Shown in pieces: positions 19,471-26,946 of a stretch of DNA of 26,946 nt (positions are counted from its first letter, which is position 1; each line of letters opens with the position of its first letter). This stretch comes from Ginkgo biloba (Eukaryota; Plantae; Ginkgophyta): the NCBI GenBank assembly GCA_024626585.2, contig JANKJI020000002.1, forward strand, positions 204,010,551 through 204,037,496. The letters run 5' to 3'. A program made the position numbers and the translations under genes. The notes below the pieces were generated by a model. It saw nothing but the letters and a program-made list of their open reading frames with translations, had not been told where the DNA came from and did no database searches.

Positions 19471-20806
19471 TAAAAGGTCTTTGAATTCTTCTTGAGTCCC
19501 CCTCTTGGTCCAGGTGTTTCCCTTTTCCTGACCCTTTACAACTCTAAGTATCAACTCTTTGTTGAGCATAATTATCCTACCACACACTTTGGTTGCCTTC
19601 CCATAATTTTGCACAAATTTTATGACTTGCAAATAATTAAAATAATAGTCACAATAACACATGAAATATTTCGACTATTTTGAATAAAGTATATAACACA
19701 GGGTTTTTGTTAATCGATTGCATAGAGTTAACCTCTTTCTTTGCATGGAATATTATAGGATAGACATCTAGAGCTAGTTGAAGTTCCTCTTCCAAATTTG
19801 TCATCCCCAATCCTTCTTCTCCTTCAGGATGATGTTTGGCTTCTTTAGGTTGCTCTAATGACAATTTTAAAATCTTTATCTTTGTGGTTGCTTCTACATG
19901 GTGGTTGTTGTTGTCATTTTGTTCACATTCTAGTTAGATTGTTGCTCACAAGCTCAATTCTGCATCTAGAATCAAAATTATACTTCTTTACATGAATCTT
20001 CATGTTAAAATTTGATTTAAAAGATGTAGAATGATGAAAAAGCACATCCCCTACCGGAAATCGACCATTGTGGCAAATCTACTTGCACTCACAATGAGCA
20101 TAGAATTGACTCCATTATGGCCTAGTTAGCAAGACATGTAGGAGCATATGAATTGATGGCCAATGGGAAAAGAAGAAAGTTAAAATTGTTAGAATATTTA
20201 TTTATGTAATGAGATGCCGGCAGGTCTGTTTCCATGGTCGTGAGCTCACCGGGAGGACGCGGAGAGACAACCCGACGTGAAAAGACATCGTGGGATAGGG
20301 TCTGTGTGTAAATCCGGACCGTGGAACAGGTGCTAAACGTCGTGAGTTGCTTCAGATACCCGAGGGAGAAAGTACAAGGCCCGTGACGCCGTTTGGAGTC
20401 AAACGAAGCCAAGAACAAAATTTATAGAGCTCATTGACCATGAGGGCAATGCTCCTTGTACAGTGAATTGGGTGCCCCCTAAACAAGAGAGAAGTTTCCC
20501 ATAGGAGCTACCAGCAATGAAGCAGGTCTAGGAGCACCAAAAGGCCTAGAGGAACAGGCAAGCCCCTCCCTACATTGGATTCTCCCCCTCCAAGAAATAG
20601 CAAGTTCCTTTCTTTGCAAATAGTTGTCCACCACACTATGGATGGGCAGGAGACCCCACCATAAAAACAGCAGTAGGAGGAGGAATAGAATGGCGGGTCC
20701 CCATAGNNNNNNNNNNNNNNNNNNNNNNNNNNNNNNNNNNNNNNNNNNNNNNNNNNNNNNNNNNNNNNNNNNNNNNNNNNNNNNNNNNNNNNNNNNNNNN
20801 NNNNNN

Positions 20807-20858
<52 letters not shown>
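20807..20858. repeat. (CA)n microsatellite next to an N gap
   Basis: Perfect CA run seen directly. Confidence 0.98.
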
Positions 20859-20859
<1 letters not shown>

Positions 20860-22747
20860 GTTTAGTTGGGTCCGCAACAATAACTTATATATATATTGAT
20901 GTAGGAGCATCATGATCGCATACCGATTCATGCAAAATTTTGGCCTGCGAGCATGGAGCATAATTTCATTTGGTGCATAGCAGGTATTTGCATATAAATA
21001 TATGTATGTATATTTTTCTTTTGTATGTCATTTATATTTCCTTAAGGGATGTGCATGTGGGGTTGGACTTAGTGTTGATGTCAGATTGTCGGGCCCTTCG
21101 GCTAGCAGGGGTCGAACCCTTTGACATTGAAAAGGCGCATAAAAAACCTACAGACCAAGAAGCTTATAAAGTGTGTTTAGTTGGCTATCAGAGAGTTGGG
21201 GTGTCGAGGGTCAGGGCAAGAAATGTTGGGAGACCATCACGCAGACCCACGGACCTAAAATCTTATGTATTGTGATCGATCAGGTATCGAAGAATAGGGA
21301 CCCAGGAGGTGGCGCAAGAGACATTTGAGAAATTAATTTAATCCCAAGGACTCGTAGACCTAAAATTTTTATAAAGGTTATTTAAAATGGGATATCAGGG
21401 GATCGGGGCTCGGGAGCTGGTGCTGGATGATTGAGGGTAGATCACGTAGAACCCACTGACCTAAAAACTTATAAATCATGATTATATCAAATTATAGGGG
21501 GTCGAGGTTCTTGGAGGCTCAAAGGAAGAGGCACAAGTCATTCGTGCCCCATGAAATCATTGAGTCATTATGTTACAACCCTGAAAGTTGTTTGAAGTCC
21601 ACGAGATGGAGGAGAGAGAAGAGAGGGATAAAATTATCAGGTCATCGGGGTTTCAGAGGACGCCACACCCTTTCAAACCACTAAATGAGTGGGCCTGACG
21701 AGGGATAAATGTGAATTATTTGAATTCACATTTAATGCCAAGGGCATGATCCATTAATGAAGATTGTGAAGCTTTCATTGAAGGCATGCAAGGACAATAA
21801 ATATTGAGGGTGGATCCATTATTATTCCACCTACTTGACGATGAAANNNNNNNNNNNNNNAGTGAACCTAGACCAAGAAGGGATTTAGAGGATCATTTTT
21901 CAGATCCTAAAGGATGGAAAAATTCGTTGAGAGGTTGAATTCTCCACCTAACAGAGTCGTTGGAGCCGAATATGAATGTTGCACTAACCGTTATTAGCCA
22001 TGAAAGATCAAGTATAAAGAGCCCAGAGGTAGATGAAGAAAGGGTTCATTAGCAAATTAAGTTGGTTAGTTATTGGGCAAGTTGGTGGAGAAGAGGCAGA
22101 TTAGAGGCGATTGCAGTGTTGGTTCTTTCTTCTAGTTGGACGATCATAGTGGAAGATAGTGGGATAGAGAGCTCGGGGAGAGAGATCGACGATGGGAGAG
22201 GTTGCATAGATGATTTGGTATTGAAGTTTTCACCATGTTGTTGTTGAAGAATGGCTAGGGTGAAATAAAATTGCATTGGAGAATCAAAGGCATACCTGGA
22301 AATACACTCGAAGAAGGAATTGGAGGAGCTGCTTCGATTGGTTGCAGAAGCATTTGGCCGTGGTACACATTGGTGAAGCATTTTGGCACAGTAGATAGGC
22401 AGAGGCCCATTCTTGTAATCTCTTTGCTTGAATTGTACCAACCTTCAGTAGTGAGGAAGATGCCGCATAGGCAAGTTGTGAAATGATTTAATAATTTTCT
22501 TTTTGGCCAATACACTTGGAGTTTTATTCCCCACGAGGGTTTCTCCAGTTAAAAACGTTGTGCATGGCTTCACTTGTGTATGCTTGTGGTATTTGTGTTC
22601 ATTTGTATCTTCTTGTGATTGGATTAAACTTGTGATTGAGATTTGTTATTTATTTCCTTGTGGGTGAGCTCATTGCTGTGAGCTCAAGCTAACATTGTTG
22701 GCTCGTTCGTTTGAAAGATCTTGGAAGACGGGCAGGGGTTGGCGACA
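20860..22747 (+). mobile_element. LTR-like non-coding segment, probably a long Gypsy LTR; 5' end not located
   Basis: Contains internal degenerate tandem repeats and a cccacgagggtttctccagttaaaaac motif (~22530-22557) of a kind common near plant LTR 3' ends. It ends gggcaggggttggcgACA, like the other LTR ends in the window. No TSD was confirmed. Confidence 0.45.
21090..21660 (+). repeat. Degenerate ~100-bp tandem repeat, about 5 units
   Basis: A recurring cc.....gacc(t/a)a.aa...ttat block at ~21147, 21246, 21351 and 21452, each followed by a tatcagg..tcg..g-type block. Confidence 0.7.
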
Positions 22748-23034
22748 GTGAGGTAGAACTTCAGTGTGAGTTTTGTAGTAGTGGAACCATCGCCCACTCC
22801 CAGCTTGCATCATTTCTACAACCATAAATCAATATAGTTAAATAATTGCCTTGTATGCACACTGACTGCATTCCATACTTATTGTTAGATTTACATTTTA
22901 TTTACTTTGTGTAAGTCAGCTTGTTCCTTTCTCTATTATGGCATAATCATTGCAAGTTTAGTAAGTGGAATTGCAATAACCAACATCTCTACCTTATGAC
23001 CTCATCTGCACTNNNNNNNNNNNNNNNNNNNNNN

Positions 23035-23329
23035 AATGAATGCTTGTTATGCATGTGAGAGTGTATCTTGAGTCGTCATTTAGTATGGCATTATTTTAAC
23101 CAGGCATATAGATACATGTGTATGATATGGATATGGCTTAAATACAATGTTTATACTTGCTATGTTTATTTATAGGAATGAAAAGTTACTTAATGGCATG
23201 TATCATGGGTAAGTACAAATGAGTTTGGACATTGATAAATTTGAAATGTTAGAGATGAATGTGTGACATTAAAGAGATTTGCAAGAGAATATCCACTTGA
23301 GTATGTAGGTATAAGGGCAGGTTGTTACA
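23035..23329 (+). mobile_element. Probable LTR 3'-end fragment
   Basis: Ends taagggcaggttgttaca, resembling the LTR ends at 5054 and 7315. Confidence 0.45.
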
Positions 23330-25199
23330 CTCTAAAAAATGTGGCTAGATATTGTTGGTCTTTGTAAGAAATGAATGTGGAGAAAAGAGAGAAGAGAAAA
23401 TATATTAATGGTCGATAGGTGACCAAAAAGTGGTGAATGGAACTACAATAAAAGATACAAATGTTACATGCTAGGGGCATGTTTTCAACAACTCTAGACC
23501 CAAGGCTAAGAGCTAAAAGAAAAACCTCTATTAAAGGAAAACAAACTCTAACAAAAGGGTGTGACAAGTGATAAGCAAAAGGTACATCTAAAGGGAGTGT
23601 GAGGGTAATCTTAGGAGGGATAATCCCTTCATGCTTTGATCCAGGGTCTATATAAATACAACACATCAAAATAAGTCTTTGGAATTTGCCAATATTGAGA
23701 GATCTATACGTCATTGACAATAACAAATTTGCTCAAGGCTTGTTAAATCATCTCCTCTATGGTCTAATTGTTAATGGTTCTCAGTCTAGTACTAAATATT
23801 TGTCTAACCCCATCCCTATTTTGATCTCTCTCTCTCTCTCCTAGCATCCGAAAGCGATGTTCCCTCATTTTGGTATAGATAAGCTAGTGATGAGGCCATT
23901 TCTCCTGGATTTGGATTTGAGTCGCTCAGTTCTATAGGGGCCTCTCTTGGCATGTCTGGAGAGTCTCCTATCAGGTTGTGTATGAGGTTGATAGCTAGTN
24001 NNNNNNNNNNNNNNNNNNNNNNNNNCCGATCTCTTGCTGAGGGCTATGTGTACATGCTAGGCATATTTGCCCTATTACTGGGGTCACAAAATGAAAGAAA
24101 GAGGTGACGTTTTGGACTTTATTCCCCCGTTATGTAGTGCTCTCCTAGAGGTGGCATCTGTGGAGAAAGAGCTTTCTGAGAAAGAGAGCCACACATTGCT
24201 AGTCCTTGTCAGAGATAAGAATGGACAGGGACCCTCTTGCATCCTTGAAAATGTAGTAGTTCCTTCCTTTGATCTCATAAAAGACAAGACAATGAAAGAT
24301 GAAGTGTTTGCCCCTTTGTACCTCCAATGAGCAAAGATTGCATATGCATTGATCTTTGGGCACATGGTGCCCTCCTTTTATTTGAAGTTGGTGGAGTGGA
24401 ACCTAAAGTGCCTAATAGGGAACTGCATGCTATGTGACATGTGCAAACATAGATAACTTAGAGGATCGATGTTGTCCTCAGAGATATGAAGTGGTTGCTA
24501 TAGAAGGCCATCTTGGGGTTAAGAGCCCTAGATGAGGTCCATAAGGACTAAATGCAAGCCCTATAAATGCCCCCCCCCTCGAATATGCTCATTAATCTCC
24601 TCCTTAGTAAGCAAGACATTAGGTGCATCAAGAGAGTATCTAAAAGGTGGTAATCTAGAAATTGAGATCCCAATCATCTAAAGTAGGACAAAGGCCTGAC
24701 TATACGAATCACATCTATGCTTGGTGGTCTCCTTGTTGGCCACCATCTTTGAAGAGCATAAGGCCAAATAAGGGTATTGTACCCTCGCTATGTTAGCATT
24801 TGCCATAACTTGGACCCTATGTAGGTATGTGCAAATCCAAAATTTGGTGTCTAGGTAAAGTGGGTTAGCTCCAAATTTGGCTAGAGCAATACTTTGAGGT
24901 ACCACTCATTTGTAACAATTAATCTTGGATACCATTAGTGTGTGGGCTCTCTCCACTCATGCTTAATCTCTTGTAGATAATCCCAGTTTCCAAATCTTAA
25001 AACCATGGAGAGTGGTTGGCTTCACTAAGGTGTCAAATAGCAACCATTCAATAGGGATATCCTAAAATTGGAGGTGGAAGCACTACCTTTTGAGAGGGGA
25101 AAGGGAAGCATATCCCATCACTACTAGGCACATCGTAGGACTAGACAACTAGACACCAAGATATGTCTAAGAAGAAATCACATCCATTATTTGACCACC

Positions 25200-25345
25200 T
25201 CATAGCACCAAAACATCTCTTGAGGGTTCTTAGAGTGTTATCCCTACCCTCATTGTAAGTAGCCCTGTGACTTCAAGTCATCAAATGCTCACTGTGGGCT
25301 ATGGCTTGTATCATCCCAAGTCGGACATAATGCATGTAATGCACA
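25200..25345 (-). mobile_element. Inverted fragment of the LTR family seen at 4391-4530 and 6878-6975
   Basis: Reverse complement reads gtccgacttgggatgatacaagccatagcccacagtgagcatttgatgacttgaagtcacagggctacttacaatgagggtagggata, close to 6885-6970. Confidence 0.8.
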
Positions 25346-25599
25346 ACCATGGCTAAACCNNNNNNNNNNNNNNNNNNNNNNNNNNNNNNNNNNNNNNNNN
25401 NNNNNNNNNNNNNNNNNNNNNNNNNNNNNNNNNNNNNNNNNNNNNNNNNNNNNNNNNNNTATATTTTTGATTTTTTAACGTTTATATATAAAGAACATAT
25501 ACACACACAAAAATGTCTTATAACATAGTATAATTATTATGAGGATTTTTACTACATAAGCTACAAGTCAGTTTGTAAAGAGAGTTGTTGAATAAAGTG

Positions 25600-26800
25600 C
25601 TACTGATTGATAGGATTTTAATAGATCTTTAGATGATATCCATTTTAAAAAAGTTCCTGCATAGTTTTGTTAATAGTTATCAACATAACTACTCCATTAG
25701 AAAGCACCTTCTTGACTTCATAAAGTCTCATCTAATGAATTAAAAATTTCCCAGGGAAATGACTGTATCCAAAATCATACAAAAAGGCCCAATTCCCCTG
25801 GTTGGAGGTCTTTCCTCCTCAAATACTAATCATGTCATATTTTTTGTTATTGTTGAATTAAATAAGTCTGTATATGGGCCTCTTTCCAAAATTTATCCAA
25901 TGTATACAGTTGCAGAACTTTGACTTGTTGGGCTTAAATAAGATTAATTCCTATCTAACTAGCAATTTTTAAAGTTTTAATTCCAAATTCAATATGCAAA
26001 ACTACATTTTTATGATAGACTAAAACTAGTGGTAGTCCTCCAAGTGTCTCTATAAGCCCATATTGCTTCAAGTAGTCATTGTCCCTAATACTTTTAATAT
26101 ATTTGATATTACTTCCATTTTTTTATTGGTGACTTTAGCCTAACCATTTGTCTAGGGGTAATAAGGTATTGATTTCCAATGTCAAATTTGATATTCCCTA
26201 GTCAATGCTTCAATCACCTTAGTAACAAAAGGACTTCTCCTATCAATAACCATTTCTCGAGGTGTGCTAAACCTACTAAAGATTTCTTCATAAAAAAAGA
26301 TTGCCATATTTTTGTCATCGACCTTTCTCACAAACCAAATCTCTACTTATTTTGTCAAATAATCCCTACAAACCAAGACATATTTATGGTTTTTTTTGGA
26401 TAGTAAAGTGAGTGATAAAATCTAAATCCCATTTTTCAAATGGGTTTAGAACAATTATTGGATATAGAGGCATTGCCTCGATTCCATAGGCGTACCCATA
26501 AATTGGCATACATCATAGGTACAAGTATGTTTTTCAATGTATTTAAATGTATTAGTCCACTGATATTCAATCTAGATAATATTTTGGTTGTATGTTATGT
26601 TGTAGAATAATCACCATAAGGATCATCATGGACTGCCTCTAGAAAATAATCAATATTATCTTTTTTAAGGAATTGATAAAAGTTGTTATTAGGTCCTTGA
26701 TTATAGAGATATCCTTCAATACAAGTGTAGATAATACTCTTACAAACCAATATCCTTAGATGCAAAGGGATTGTTAAAAGGGGGGTGATCCTCATACTTC
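25600..26800 (-). pseudogene. Ty3/Gypsy integrase remnant (HHCC zinc finger, DDE core, GPY/F region); non-chromovirus (Athila/Tat-like)
   Basis: Minus strand: LEAVHDDPYG (HACHD.PCGGH), FEKWDLDFI, FFYEEIFSRFSTPREMVIDR, KSIPYYP*TNG*AKVTNK, LEAIWAYRDTWRTTTSF and GNWAFLYDFGYSHFPGKF..YEVKKVLSNGVV. Confidence 0.92.
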
Positions 26801-26946
26801 CTAAAACCTCATACTAGCTTCTTATTGTTATTACTCAAATAATCTTTATTAATATTTTTAATTTCTAATAAAAGGCCATGTAATCTCTAGTGACTTAATT
26901 CTATAAAAGTCACTAGATTCATGTATGCATTAGATCTATTTTGAAC

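Larger units (their letters stand above)
16250..20040 (-). pseudogene. Decayed, intron-containing minus-strand gene of unknown product (coiled-coil rich); probably transposon-internal
   Basis: Semi-open frames with scattered stops: QLAQENKHLKERVASLEQELKQ (~18600-18670), WQELKAFKKEVEEMTRELL..EEQIIKELKEIVDKL (~18360-18515) and VESLAKKCASLDERVEGIKVLLL..LATAPLMKFDVERLESLYKRS (~17090-17330). A donor AAGG|GTAAGC lies at 18317/18316. Boundaries are approximate. Confidence 0.4.

Noticed and set aside
20479-20961. ORFs with CVCV/HTHT runs
   Set aside because: Translations of the (CA)n microsatellite and an N gap.
22062-22515. Cluster of overlapping short ORFs
   Set aside because: No recognisable domain, and they lie in LTR-like sequence.

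Overview
Land-plant nuclear DNA from a large, TE-rich genome (the Gypsy families look gymnosperm- or fern-like), in a gappy assembly with many N runs. About 80% is decayed transposable element: a Ty3/Gypsy pol split by a solo LTR, further LTR copies, an L1 LINE, a probable CACTA end with palindromic subterminal repeats, and a minus-strand Gypsy integrase. One host gene is recognisable: the 3' part of a Bub1/Mad3-family spindle-assembly-checkpoint gene of the plant BMF3/MAD3.2 type. It has a TPR-end exon at ~7757 and a large C-terminal coding block at 9203-11222. The main point of interest is that this block is a tandem triplication of a ~210-220 aa module. Each module has one CD1-like (Mad1-binding) motif followed by about three ABBA-like (Cdc20-binding) motifs. 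That gives 3 CD1-like and up to 9 ABBA-like motifs, plus a decayed extra sub-repeat beyond the stop codon. All identifications come from motif recognition by eye; no searches were run.
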